Shown: in pieces, positions 23,900-36,465 of the stretch
Layout of the letters: each line of letters begins with the position of its first letter
Position numbering within the stretch: the first letter of the stretch is position 1
Assembly (NCBI GenBank): GCA_964016885.1
Contig: OZ024740.1
Coordinates: 285,448,001-285,512,000 of the forward strand
Direction of reading: 5' to 3'
From: Eledone cirrhosa
Taxonomy: Eukaryota
DNA: 64,000 nt
Program-made: the position numbers and the translations under genes
The notes under the pieces: generated by a model
Told to the model about the DNA's origin: nothing
The model's input: only the letters and a program-made list of their open reading frames with translations
Database searches by the model: none

Positions 23900-24581
23900 C
23901 CCTCTCTGACCTGGGCCCCTGTGTCTAACTTTTCGCTCCACCTGGGTTCCTGAGCCAAAACATAAATGTTTGCATCAAACATAAATGTTTGCATCAACAT
24001 AAATGTTTGCATCAAACATAAATGTTTGCATCAACATAAATGTTTGCATCAGTAATGACTGCAGGTAAACTAATGGACAAAATTAACACAAGGTGCAGTA
24101 AATTTGTCTACCCACTTTCATTTAGATTTACATAATCTCCACTACCCTTATCAGTATCGGCTGTGCAAAGGGCCCCACCAAATTTGTTCACCTGGATTGC
24201 TACTTTCCTCACCACTTTCACCAATTTCATTATCTGAATCACTCTTGCTGTCTGCGTATGGGTAAACTTGTTGAAATTTTTGCTCACTTTCATCCATGGA
24301 ATAAATATCAACAATTTCCTCAACTTTAAAGTTGCTCGATTACTAGTTCATTTAAGCACAAAGAAATCCCTTCTTTTGTTTCTTCTTCGATTAAAAACAA
24401 AAGTAAACAACAACTATAGGGGACACAATTAATAATAAGTCATAAATACATGTAACTACAAAACTGCAACATGATCAGTTGTTTATTTTTAGTATTTTAT
24501 ATTCTTTTTCATGTGTTGTTCATTACCGTTTAATGGGAATCCGGTAGAGATTACATTTAGGCTAAATACTGCACAACAGGG
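23900..24581 (-). mobile_element. Possible piggyBac-type non-autonomous element
   Basis: TTAA|CCCT at 23896-23903 and AGGG|TTAA at 24578-24585. Subterminal tandem repeat, plus an acidic minus-strand peptide (VEEIVDIYSMDESE...DSKSDSDNEIGESGEES) like a piggyBac transposase N-terminus. The TIR match is only 4 bp. Confidence 0.4.
23958..24050. repeat. Minisatellite, 5 x 18-19 bp (a)aacataaatgtttgcatc
   Basis: Read directly; unit lengths 19, 19, 18, 19, 18. Confidence 0.97.
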
Positions 24582-24694
24582 TTAACCTCACACAGAAGAA
24601 AGTTTGTACTATTTATCTTCTTCAAAAGCATTAGTTAATTCATTCTTTATTCTATACACTAAGAGAATGCTTATGAAGTTTCAACCCTCATTTA

Positions 24695-25075
24695 TCATCA
24701 TCATTTTACGTCTGCTTTTCCATGCTTGTAAGGGTGGGACGGGTCCTCTTCAGCACAGCATCTCTCCATTTGTCACAGTCCTTTGTCATCTGCTCTGTGA
24801 ACTTCAGCGATCTGAGATTAGCTCTCACCACTTCTGCCCATGTTTTTTGTGGTCTTCCTCTACTGCTTCTCCTTCCACTGGGATTACTTGGCACTTCTTC
24901 ACCCAGCGGTCATTATCCTTGCACATCACATGGCCATACCAAAGCAGTCTTCTCTACAGTTTATTCCTCTTATACACAGTTACATTCTCAACTCATCCAT
25001 GCTTGGTCGTTCACACACATTGACATTGCACATCCATCAGAGCATGCTTGCTTCATTTCTCTCCAGCCTCATTAT
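24695..25075 (-). mobile_element. Old RTE LINE 3' fragment
   Basis: GRRSSRGRPQKTWAEVVR...WRDAVLKRTRP with a (CAT)n tail; related to 6760-7170. Confidence 0.85.
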
Positions 25076-26500
25076 AGTGTGTAATTTGATTACATAGTAT
25101 ATACACTCCAGGTTGGGATATAAAACTTTTAAGTGTTTATATTTTTGACATTACAAAATATTATACAGATATTCTGCGCTTTCTTCTGCGAAATTGTGAA
25201 AGGGTTTTACAGGGCTTAATCTTTCAGAATTTATAGAAATTATTAAATTTAAAATTGGGATGCAAATTGACAAAAGATATATGGTTGGAAAAAATTGCAT
25301 GCACATGAGTGTGTGTATGTGTTTGTAAAAGCTATATGGATGCTTATGTAAAATTTAAACAATATTAAATATAATGCCTGTGTTATTGTTTATAATTTTT
25401 GTGTGTGTATTACACAATACAAATATATATGAAAATACAATGAAATATATGACTTATAATAATCATTTCTCATTTATTTGTTAACTATCATTTCTCATAT
25501 ATTGTTGTCTGGGTTACCATTTGTCCAGGATAGGTAGTTAAGCCATAAAAGTGAGTACACATAAGTATACTGAAAGATAGGTTCTGTAAATGAGTACATT
25601 TTTGTAGTTTCCTTTACACCTTTTACAACATAACAGAAACCACTGTTAATCAGCAATCACAATAGTTTGTTGTTGCCCTTGTTTAGATCCATGTCAGCTT
25701 TCATTGAACAGTCTTATGATCAAAAGTGTTCTATTTATGATTATACTATATTTTAATATAATAAGGACTACAATGAACACTGCAATATTTCCAGTTCATT
25801 GCATTTTGAATCCATATCTCGCTGTACTTTTCTTGGCTGGTAGACTAATTTGGTTGCCTAGTTTAACTACACCACCTGGCATTTGGGTACCTTTAGCAGA
25901 GTCCAGTCTGTTGAAAGTATTTTGGCCAGGTCTCCAGTTTAAAAACATCTTCACCCACACACTCATCTCACCAGTCTTAGAATCCCTGACTATGTAATAG
26001 AAAAAACATTGGTTAATTTAATGACATTTGCTTGCATTTTTAGTTTTATTGTTAAAAACAATAAATCTATATAATTTAGTTTATAAGAGATGCAGAGAGA
26101 AACTGTAGCTAAAAAATTCTTAAAGCAATAAATTAATCGATAATCTATCAATAGTGGTATAATTATTCTGTTAATATAGTTACTTTAAATATTGATTTCT
26201 AACATTGGTACAAGGTCACAAATTTGGGAATGGGTTAATCAATTAATTAAATGCTGTACCTAACTGGTACTTCATTATATTGGCTCCAGAAAGATGAAGT
26301 ATAAATTAACCATGGTGAGATTTGAACTCAGAAAGTAAGGGGCTGTATGTAAATACCACGAGGTATTTTGTCTGATGATCTCTGGGTTCGATCATATCTT
26401 TCAACATTTGTACCGACAAGAAATATTTCAGAGAAGCATGTTATTCAAGGGAGGCAATTATTACTATTTTTTTTATTTTTTTTTATGATAATTATTTAAT

Positions 26501-26680
26501 TGTTTCTACTTTTGGCACAAGGCCAGCAAATACCCAGTGTATTACTGGTACTTTATTTTATCGACCCTGTAAGGATGAAAAGCAAAGTTAACCTTGGCAG
26601 GATTTGAACTCAGAATGGCAAGGGCCGTAACTCAATGCGTCAAAACATGGCGTCCGACCCTCTACCGGTACTGCCAATCC
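26501..26680 (-). mobile_element. Full-length tRNA-type SINE with an 11-bp TSD
   Basis: Minus strand reads ggattggcagtaccggtagagggtcggac...ctgagttcaaatcc (A/B-box-like), then core and tail. Flanked by aattatttaat at 26490-26500 and 26681-26691. Confidence 0.9.
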
Positions 26681-27250
26681 AATTATTTAATGATTTACTA
26701 TATCAAGGATTGATATGAATTAGTATCTTCTATTTGTAAATTTTTTATAAGCTTTAACATTTGTTAAAACTCATTTGTAAAATTTTGTTATATATTTCAT
26801 TTATATTTTCAAATCATTTCTGCTATATTTTATACTAATTCATTAATGTGAAGAAACATACATTCTCATTTAGCCAGTGAGCACAAATCTCACCATACTG
26901 GAGGGCAAAATGGTAAGAAAAATCCATTGATAATTTATATATCGTAAGGGAAAGTAGATGATCATATAATCAACATCAGTTACAATATGGATAAGTTCAA
27001 GGAACTTGTGTTTTAGAAATTGTTTATTTTACTTCTTTAAACTTTGGGGACTACGGTATTAAATTGACTTACCGGGACCATTGTTTGCCGGAGATAAACA
27101 AATGCTACCCACTATTATAAATCTAAATTTGCTACATGCTTAAATAACGATTAAGTATATATGTAGGTATGTATGTATGTGTGTGTATACATACACTATA
27201 GTTGTACACAGTGCTGTAATGTGAAGCTGATAGAAATAGCATAGCAGTAT

Positions 27251-27428
27251 AATAATTGTTTCTACTTTTGGCACAAGGCCAGCAATTACCCAGTACATTA
27301 CTGGTACTTTATTTTATCGACCCCGTAAGGATGAAAGGCAAAGTTAACCTCGGCGGGATTTGAACTCAGAACGTAAAGGGACGTAACTATTCTGGAAAGC
27401 ATGTCCGACCCTCTACCGATACTGCCAA
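27251..27428 (-). mobile_element. Near full-length tRNA-type SINE
   Basis: Same head, core and tail as 26501-26680. Confidence 0.9.
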
Positions 27429-28479
27429 AATAATAGTAGCAAATTCTAATCAGATATAACTGATTCAAGTGTGTCTTTATCAACTATCCAACAAATTTAA
27501 TTTCTAGAAATTCTTCTTTCTCTTGATTATTCTCTTTATTCTATTTTTTTTATATTTTATTCTTATTTTGTTTTATGTATTTCTATTTTTTACTTTTTTT
27601 CTATGTAACTTTATCATGATTTCATTTTCCTTTGTCATATATTTGTTTTATTTCTTCGTTTATCTGTAACTTAAATTACTGTAACTTAAATAGGCTCTAG
27701 TAAAAAAAAAAAATAAAAAAAAAATACTCTCTAGAGATTCTAAGCTTGTATAAATTTTCATTAAGCCAAGCTTCTAGAGATAGCTGAGTCAGAAATCAAC
27801 CAAACCCCACTGGATTCAAACTTTGTTGTTTATCATTTTCAGCTTAACAAATTAAGTTGCTGTAATATGCAAGGCTTGGCTCATGTAAACAGCCCCTAAA
27901 ATATTAGGCTTTTGTTTAGATCAAAGAAATGAATATTTTTCTAAGCTGTTGGTTGCTTGTGAATTACTACTATCAAGGAAGATCCCAACAAATCTTGTGT
28001 ATGACTTTAGTTGTAGCCACCATTTCACATTCCCTTAAAAATCAAATGTTTCATACCTATATAAAAATTATAATTTATTTATTTTATAAAATAGATAGAT
28101 GGAATTTATAAAGTTTAAAATTAATGTAGCAATGTTTTACATAAGTATTGAGTTTAAATATACATTTTGTTTTCACATAGATTGATTATTGGTGAAGCCT
28201 ATATTATTAATATTTGATGTTAAACTCTCCCCTGGCAAATATTGGGTGATGTCCTTATTACAGCTATTAAATTGTCAAGAGGAGAGGCAAAAATTTCAAA
28301 TGGATTTAAGCAAGGGTGATACATAGTTTGCATGTTCAGATTATCAGAAACTATTGCAGAGGCAATAGAAGAGACACAGGGTAAACACATGTAAGTGAGG
28401 TAGCTATTATAGCATGTTAATGAGTAACTACTCATCTATCATCTAGATAGCTATTTTTTTTTTTTTTTTTTTTTTTTCG

Positions 28480-29420
28480 TATGTGAAGCAGGATACTTGT
28501 GTATATGGCTGTTGCACTCTTCTACCATAGATGTTCACAATATTTTAATGTAGCATCCATTTGTGCCTTGTAAAAGATGAGTAACTATTGAGGGTTGGGT
28601 TTGTTTGAAGAGGACTCAAGTTTTAGAATGGGAATTTGTCAGGTTTCAATCATTTGTAGAGGTTGTGAAGGTTTGAACAAGGTGCTATTCAGGAATAGAG
28701 ATAGCGTAGCCTGTTGAAATTGATAATAATGTTCATCTTCATGGTAGCTGGCAATGGGCAGATACATGGGTGAAAAGTGCAATATGGGACAGAGACTTGA
28801 CTCCAGATTAAGTTCTGTGCTTGTGGATCAGATGGCTGTTGCTGAGCCACATGCATGCCTCTACTCACAATGACCTGGTCAGATGAAACTTAAAGAGCTC
28901 AGGGAGCTGCTGAGTGGTAAGAGAGCACTTACTTTGTCAATCCTGCGTTGCATCTTCCTAGCTGTACAATGGAATTTTGAAGTGTTTCAGGGTCTGTTGA
29001 AGACCATCCTTGAATCATTTTTTTTGCCCACCTCTTGCTTCATATGTAACTTTGTCTACCTCTTGCTTTATATGTAACTTTACCAGAGACGATGTGTTGG
29101 GATAATCTGTTTTTGGCCATTTTGACATGTTCTACCCTATGCAACTTTAATTTGGTGAGGTTTACTCTCAGGCTGGTAATTCCAGTACTTTCAAAGACAT
29201 CTAGGTTCAATACTCTGTCTTGCCAACCAATCTTTACTATCTGACAAATGTTTATAAGTAAAAGAACTCCAGTTGTATGTGGTTGATGCTATTAATCATC
29301 CATGTCTCATTGCAATAGGTGAGGATTTGCACTACTACTGCCTTGTACACAACAATTTGGGTAGATTTCTTTTTATCTTTCCTCTCAGTACAGCTTATGT
29401 CAGGTTCACCTAGTGTATTT
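28480..29420 (-). mobile_element. Degenerate RTE (BovB-like) 3' fragment
   Basis: Minus translation remnants VVYKAVVV..L.Y.NETW...IVKIGWQDRVLNLDVFE..G...LTKLKLHRVEHVKMAKNRLSQ...GKK..FKDGL. Many lesions. Confidence 0.65.
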
Positions 29421-30748
29421 GTTGTTTGATTTCTTCAAAATGCATACACAATATATATTATTTATTTTTTAGGTTAAGTTGTCTCGCCTCATTGAAAAAA
29501 TGTCTTTGCAATTTATGTTAGTGGAAGTTATGTATGCCTAGTTGGAGGTGTCATAATTGTGTAAAAAGCCTAGCAAGGATAGTGGTTTTCTCAAAAGCAC
29601 ATTGTTTCATAATTATAATTAAAACATTGTCAGAACTAATCTGCTTATTTGGCATAAATGATCAATATTATACATTTGGCAACATGCCATATCAAAAAGA
29701 TGTGTCTAGGGTAGATTTGTTTGTGTGTATATACAGAGTGCAGTTAGATGTTATGTAGGGTGTAAATTGGATGGTTTTATAGGAATACTGCTTGTAGAGT
29801 CATTTGGATTAAATAGGGCTAAGGTAAGAGGTTTCTGTAAAATAGGTTGAGATCCCATCAAGATTAGTGTCCAACTTTCTCGGAAGTAAGACTGATCACC
29901 ACCTGTAATGCATAAACGCATCTTTTACTCTTCTAATAGACATCATATAGTAATTTTGATAGTGTGTTGTTACCTCTTCATTAGTGATGGTGATTGATTT
30001 CCTTCAGGTATTGTATAACTGTGATTTCCTCAGTGTTGTTGTATAAACTATTATATAACCAATAATGCTTGCTTTATTCTTATAAAATGTTCAAGTGTAT
30101 AATTTAAAAAAATAATAATTTCTCCTTTTTTGTGGCTGTTTATGATAAATTATATGTAATCAGATTTTTAGGAATAGTATTGTAAATGCAAACAAGTTCA
30201 ACTCTGTTTTATTATTATTATTATATATATTTGTTAAGTTCTCAAAGTAGAATGTTATTTAGCATTAAATAGAAAAACCCAAAGTTTTCATGTGGCTGGG
30301 TATTATATATATTTCTATTTTCAAATTGTTTCAAAAATGTTCAAGTTTAAACTGACACGGACTATTTCAGAATGTTCACAGTCAAGTTTTATTAGATTTT
30401 AAAGATATGATATATTTTAAAAAATATTCAAGCTGCTTTCTTTCAATGAATAGTCTGATGATAGTTATTTCAATTTATAATTGATTTTAAAAGCTATTAC
30501 AAGGTAATTTAAATTAAAATTCCATTGCATTTTTACAACAGTTATTTCATAATGACTCTAAAATACCAATCAAATTGAACATCTAAATATTGTATTTATC
30601 TAAAAGAGTATAATAGGTAATCTATCAACAGAAATTTGTAAAGAGAAGCAGGCGGGTACCTTTCTTAAAGATCTGATTGAAGGGAAAACAGTTCCTCTGT
30701 TAAACATTTTTTAAAACCTTTAATCCTTTTTTTTTATTTTCTTTTTAG

Positions 30749-30787
30749 CTTTTCAGTCAAGACACCCCATCTGGATGGCAAGACTCG
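30749..30787 (+). CDS. HSF1: HSF1-like exon G (micro-exon), 39 nt, phases 0/0
   Basis: Long pyrimidine tract, tttttag|CTT TTC AGT...GAC TCG|gtaata. Encodes LFSQDTPSGWQDS and continues HR-C as TLLS|LFS, like HSF1 ALLD|LFSP. Confidence 0.88.
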
Positions 30788-31517
30788 GTAATAAATTTTG
30801 TGTTCAGTAGTTTTATTTTCATTTGTAACCTGATGACTACTAAGACCCTAACTTTACACAAACTAATTAAAAGGCTTGGGGTAATTTATCATTAGTTATT
30901 TTGTCAATTTCACTATCATCAGACTATGAAGTGAAAATGAATGTTCTTTAACCATGAATAGGTAATTGGGGGTCACCATTGAAGACTTTGTTTTCATATA
31001 GTGTGTTGAAAGCAAGGTAATGTTGTTGAGCCAATGGGCCACTGATCATGCTTTCCAAGAACCTACTACCATTCTATAGCTGTGTTTACATAGTTATATG
31101 ACCAACATAAGATTTTGAATTGATATTGAGAAAGTCATAAAGTTCACAAATTGTCATTTCTCAACTTCTATAAATCCTTTTATAAGTCAGTGTTTAGGAA
31201 GTCATATCTTTAAATTTCTCAAGTTATGTTAACGTGCATCCTTCATATAAGATTTTTGTCTGTTCTTCTTTTATGTATCTTCACTATTCAAGATAATTCA
31301 TTATAGAATATATCTTTAAAAATCCTCTGGCATTTGGCATCAATATATACTTAAGGCTGTTATTCCTACAATGTTTTTTTTTTTTTTTTAAAGTGGTTTC
31401 GAGTCAATTATAAATATCTTGAGTGGCCATGTCCATACAAGTTTAAAGTAGTGTCTATTTGTATGTGCAAGATTGCTTAGGTATCTTGTCACTTTATATA
31501 ATATAGCGTCATTACTA

Positions 31518-31630
31518 GAATCCCGCCGAGGTTAACTTTGCCTTTCATCCTTACGGGGTCGATAAAATAAAGTACCAGTAATACACTGGGATAATTGCTG
31601 GCCTTGTGCCAAAAGTAGAAACAATTATTC
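31518..31630 (+). mobile_element. 5'-truncated young SINE
   Basis: aatcccgccgaggttaac...gtagaaacaattatt. Confidence 0.9.
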
Positions 31631-32424
31631 TATACAACAAAAACTTAAAACTAAATCTTTAGAAAATGACAGCATTGGTCCATTTGTTCTCAGCAATACC
31701 CTTTTGTTTATTTACATTTTCCAGCTACTGTTTTACCACTCTGCTGACAGTAGCCACTTTACATACAATAATCATTTTACACTAACATTGCAGTAACAAT
31801 GAATGGGTGATTGGAGTGTTGCTGAGGGTGACATAACACGCACATACACTCTCTCCTTTCCTCATCTCACTTTCTCACCATTAAAGTCAACTTAATTGCA
31901 TGTGTTTCTCTACCACTAGAACCATAACTATTATCTACTGTTATTAAACAGATGTAATCATGTACATGTTATTCAAGTGTAACTTTTTTTTTTTCAGTTG
32001 TATTGTTCACAAACTTTACAGCATACATGAACATTTCTGCATGATTTCCTGTGTTACTAATTCTTGCAGCATAATTTAGGAGTGCAGTGGAGTCGAGTCT
32101 CTAAAGAACATTTTTTCATTTGGAGAATGTTCAATTCAGCTAGTGGAAATGAAGCCTCTGTATGATCTCTCAGACTTAGAAATAGCAGCCCAAATCTCCT
32201 TCAAATCATACCCTACCATCTTTAAAAAAGAAAGGACACAAGCAATAGTCTTAGATGTCTCTAAAGCACCCATATCCTCACAGATAGAATTAGAATACTT
32301 ATAATCATAAGTCTGTTTGATCAAGGTTGACCTGGGTTAGATCAACAACAACAGCACCCCAATTTTATGATCATGTTACTGCTGGTAACATTGATTGTAA
32401 TTGCATTATTACATATCTTTTTCT

Positions 32425-35400
32425 GTCATCTATCCGTATTATATCTTTTTTCGTTTCCCCGGTCCATTCACCTATCTGTATTATATCTATTTTTTTCAAG
32501 GCTATTTGATAATTCTGTCTGATGGTTCAAAAAAACAGTCTTCTTGTATTTTAAAATCCCATAATTCTGTCAGACCCCCGAAAACGATCTTCTCGTTATT
32601 TAAACTCTTACTCTTCGTTTAATTATGGCCGAAATTTAAAATTTAAGGATTATAAAATAACCTTCTCGAAACTTCCTGCTCCCTACTATCCCCCCCCCCC
32701 CGTATCGCATATGCACCTGCAGGCTCTCTCTCACCCCCCCCCCCCTCGCTCTCCAAATATAAAATAAACCTGTTATGAGCTACGAAACAGAATTTGTCGA
32801 TTCCTTATTCTGGGCTACTTCGCTCGCTCGCTCTCTTGTGAAATGTAAAGTATTCATCCTGTTTTTTTTCTCGTCTCTCCATGTTCCCCGGTCCGTCATC
32901 TATCCGTATTATATCTTTTTTCATTTCCCCGGTCCATTCACCTATCTGTATTATATCTTTTCTTTTCAAGGCTATTTGATAATTCTGTCTGATTGTTCAA
33001 AACAGTCTTCTTGTATTTTAAAATCCCATAATTCTGTCAGACCCCCGAAAACGATCTTCTTCTCGCTAACAAATTCACCTCATGTTGCCGGACGAGAATG
33101 CAAGGACTCCTCTTTATTTCGGCCACGGATGGCTAACGTAATCCCATCTCCCTCACCCCTCCCTGCGCCTCATCCTTCCCACCCACCAAATGCAATCCAA
33201 AACTTCGGAGTTGATACCATGAATGTAGACACCTTAAAAGGTCGCTCTAATGAGGTTGTAGAGATGCTTGAACGTAAGGAAGTTAATGTTTGCTGTATTC
33301 AAGAGACCAGGTGGAGGGGTGGGTCTGCTAGATTCATTGTGGGTAAAAAACGATGCTATAAACTTTTCAGGGTGAGTAATGACAATGGGCTGGGTGGAGT
33401 AGGAATCATGCTAGCAGAAAAATGGGTAGATAAGATAATAGACGTAAATAGAGTGAACGACAGAATAATTAAAATAAGACTTGTCCTAAATAGAACTACT
33501 GTGACAATAATATCTGTGTATGCACCCCAATCCGGACTGCCTGGCGTTATAAAAGACAGATTCTATGAGTTGTTAATGCTCACTACCTCCCAAATAACCG
33601 ACAGTGACTACATAATTATTGCCAGTGACCTAAATGGTCACGTTGGACAACATTGTGACGGCTATGATGGAATCCATGGAGGCTATGGGTTTGGTACTAG
33701 AAATGAGGAAGGCTCCAGAATTCTGGAATTCTGTGACACAAATAACCTAACTATCTGTAACACAAACATCAAAAAACAAGACAATCACTTGATCACCTAT
33801 AGATCAGGGGAACACGCCAGATAGATTATATCCTTACCAGAAGACGTGACAGAGTGTCTGTTGTAAACACTAAATCCCTTCCCCATGAAGAATGCACCTC
33901 CCAGCATAGCCTCATAGTCAGGACGAGACATACTCAACAACACAAGAGAGATCTACCCTAAGGAGAAGAATGTGGAAGTTAAAGGACCAGTAATAAATTT
34001 AAAAGCATATTACTTTATGCTTTTGACAGTAAGGAAGAGCAATTAGTCGTACAATATAGAGAACAGTGGGAATTCCTGAAAGCTAACCTGTTGAAGGCGA
34101 CGGATGAAATCTGTGGCTGGAACAGACCTATAGACAGGAGGAGAGTAACTTGGTGGTGGAATAGTGAGGTGGAGGAGTCAATCAAGGCCAAAAAGCATGG
34201 CGGGAGGGGGGGGGGGAGTAGAGAAGACTATCAAGTGGCCAGGAGGGAAGCTAGGAGACAAGTGTACTTCGCAAGAAGGGAAGCAGAGGAAAGAAAGTTC
34301 AAGCATGTTCTACGAGAGGACCAAAAACGTGAGGTGTTCAGGATTGTTAGGCAATGTGTCAAGGAAAACCGTGATATTGTCAGGGAGAAGTGTGTCTGTA
34401 ATGATAATGGTGTACTTGCTATCACTGACGCTGATAAGAAGGTAGCTTGGAAGTGTCACTACGAGGGGCTACTAAATGAGGAAAATAAATGGGACAAAGA
34501 CAGTCTGTCCCACATCGATCCAATAGAGGGACCAGCAGTGCAAGTCAAAGGTAGTATAATAAGTAAGGCAATCAAAGATATGAAGACAAGCAAGGCGGCT
34601 GGGCCTTCGGAAATAGTTGCTGAAATGCTGAAAGCATTTGGAACGGTGGGACACACTATGGTCACCCGGATAGTAAACCAAGTCATACAGAATGGGGTCA
34701 TACCAAAGGACTGGCGTAGCAGCATCATCATTAACTGCTACAAGGGTAAAGGAGATGCCCTAGATAGGGGAAACTATAGGGGCATTAAATTAATTGACCA
34801 GGTCATGAAGGTCACAGAAAAAGTTATAGCGCAACTAATCAGAGAGCGAATTGAGCTAGATGAAAAGTACCACAGACACTCTTTTCCTTGTACGACAACT
34901 ACAAGAGAAGTACCTAGCTAAAAGTAAACCCCTATACTTAGCTTTTGTTGACTTGGAAAAAGCCTTTGACAGAGTCCCCCACTCCATTATCTGGTGGGCT
35001 CTCAGAAAACTAGGTGTCGATGAATGGCTTGTGAGAACTATACAAGCCATGTATAAAGAAACAGTCAGCAAGGTTAGAATTAACAACAAATATAGTGAAG
35101 AGTTTAGCGTAAAAGTTGTTCATCGGGGCTCTGTCCTTAGCCCCCTCCTATTTATTATTGCCCTTCAGGCTATAACAGAGGAGTTCAAGACCGGCTGCCT
35201 ATGGGAACTTCTATACGCAGATGACCTAACGCTCATAGCTGAATCGATGGCTGAACTAAAGAAGAAATTCCAAACATGGAAGCATGGCCGAGTATCAAAA
35301 GGCCTTAAAATTAACTTGTCTAAGACTAAAGTGCTAGTATGTAGGAAAGAAAATAGGGCACTGGTCCCTTCTGGGAAATGGCCATGCTCAGTGTGTAGGA

Positions 35401-36465
35401 AAGGAGTAGGCAGAAACTCTATTTTATGTCCCAAATGCAAAGTATGGGTGCATAAAAGATGTAGTGGGATCACAGGTAAGCTAACTAAGAATATAGATTT
35501 TATATGTGGCCAGTGCTCTGGTGCAATAAGTAGTAGCAAGTGCCCACAGGATACTAGCTCCTTCTATTGCCCAGATGGTTCTATAGAAATAGTGGACACC
35601 TTCCGTTACCTGGGTGACAAAATCAGCAGTGGGGGAGGGTGCTCTGAAAGTACAGTAGCTAGAGTCAGAATGGGATGGAAAAAGTTCAGACAGCTTATAC
35701 CACTATTCGCAGCTAAAGGTTTCTCTCTAAAAATGAAAGGCAGACTGTATGATGCCTGCATACGAACAGCAATGTTACATGGCAGTGAGATATGGGCATT
35801 GTGTGCAGAGGATCTATGCAGACTGGAGAGGAACGAAGCTTGAATGCTCCGTTGGATGTGTAATAGTAATATACGTGAACGGCAAAGCATAAATGAATTA
35901 AGTGAAAAATTGGGAATAAGAGGGATCAGATGCTTTTTACTTGAGAGAAGACTACGTTGGTATGGTCACGTGATACGCATGAAAGACGACAGCTGTATAA
36001 AAAAGTGCAGGGCGATCAAATTAGACGGTAGCTACGGAGTAGGCAGACCCAGAAAAACCTGGGGCGATTTGATAAATTCCGACTTTACACACTTACACCT
36101 CTCCAAGACAATGTCACTAGACCGAAATCTTTGGCGCTACGCAGTAATACAGACGACCCGCCTTGCCTAAGTACAAAGAGAAACCTACAGTGAGTAGGCA
36201 CCTCTTAACCAAAATACGCCCCCAACACCCTTTTCACTGTAAAGTTATGTTGGTACCGCTACATTCAGTCCTAAATAAATGAGGTCGTGTAGATGTCACG
36301 ACAAAAAACACACAGTCCACGCCGTAATGTGGCCGTGTAGGTAACACGGTAAAAACCTGCCACACAGTCCTATACGAGCAAGACAACCAATCTTGCCTCA
36401 AGTGAGACTATTCCCGTCTAAACCCATGCTAGCGTGGAAGATAGTCATTAAACGATGATGATGAT
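32425..36465 (+). mobile_element. Near-full-length RTE LINE (subfamily B): 5' UTR, APE endonuclease, RT with embedded PHD-like finger, 3' UTR, (GAT)n tail; inactivated
   Basis: ATG at 33129. APE motifs (NVDTL, CCIQETRW, GVGI, SVYAPQ, DLNGHVG). RT motifs (NYRGIKL, DLEKAFDRVP, GSVLSP, LYADD, YLG). ORF ends at 36170. Broken by frameshifts/deletions near 33820-34090 and 34865 and by a TGA at 35841. The 5' boundary is approximate. Confidence 0.95.

Noticed and set aside
27500-27520. tttctagaaattc as an autoregulatory heat shock element (similar strings near 47703 and 49497)
   Set aside because: Only two correctly spaced nGAAn units; the third is out of register, and such matches are expected by chance.
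32775-36170. Long ORFs (349, 276, 327 and 108 aa) as a host gene or active element
   Set aside because: They are frameshifted, stop-interrupted pieces of one RTE ORF; the antisense ORFs over them are shadows.
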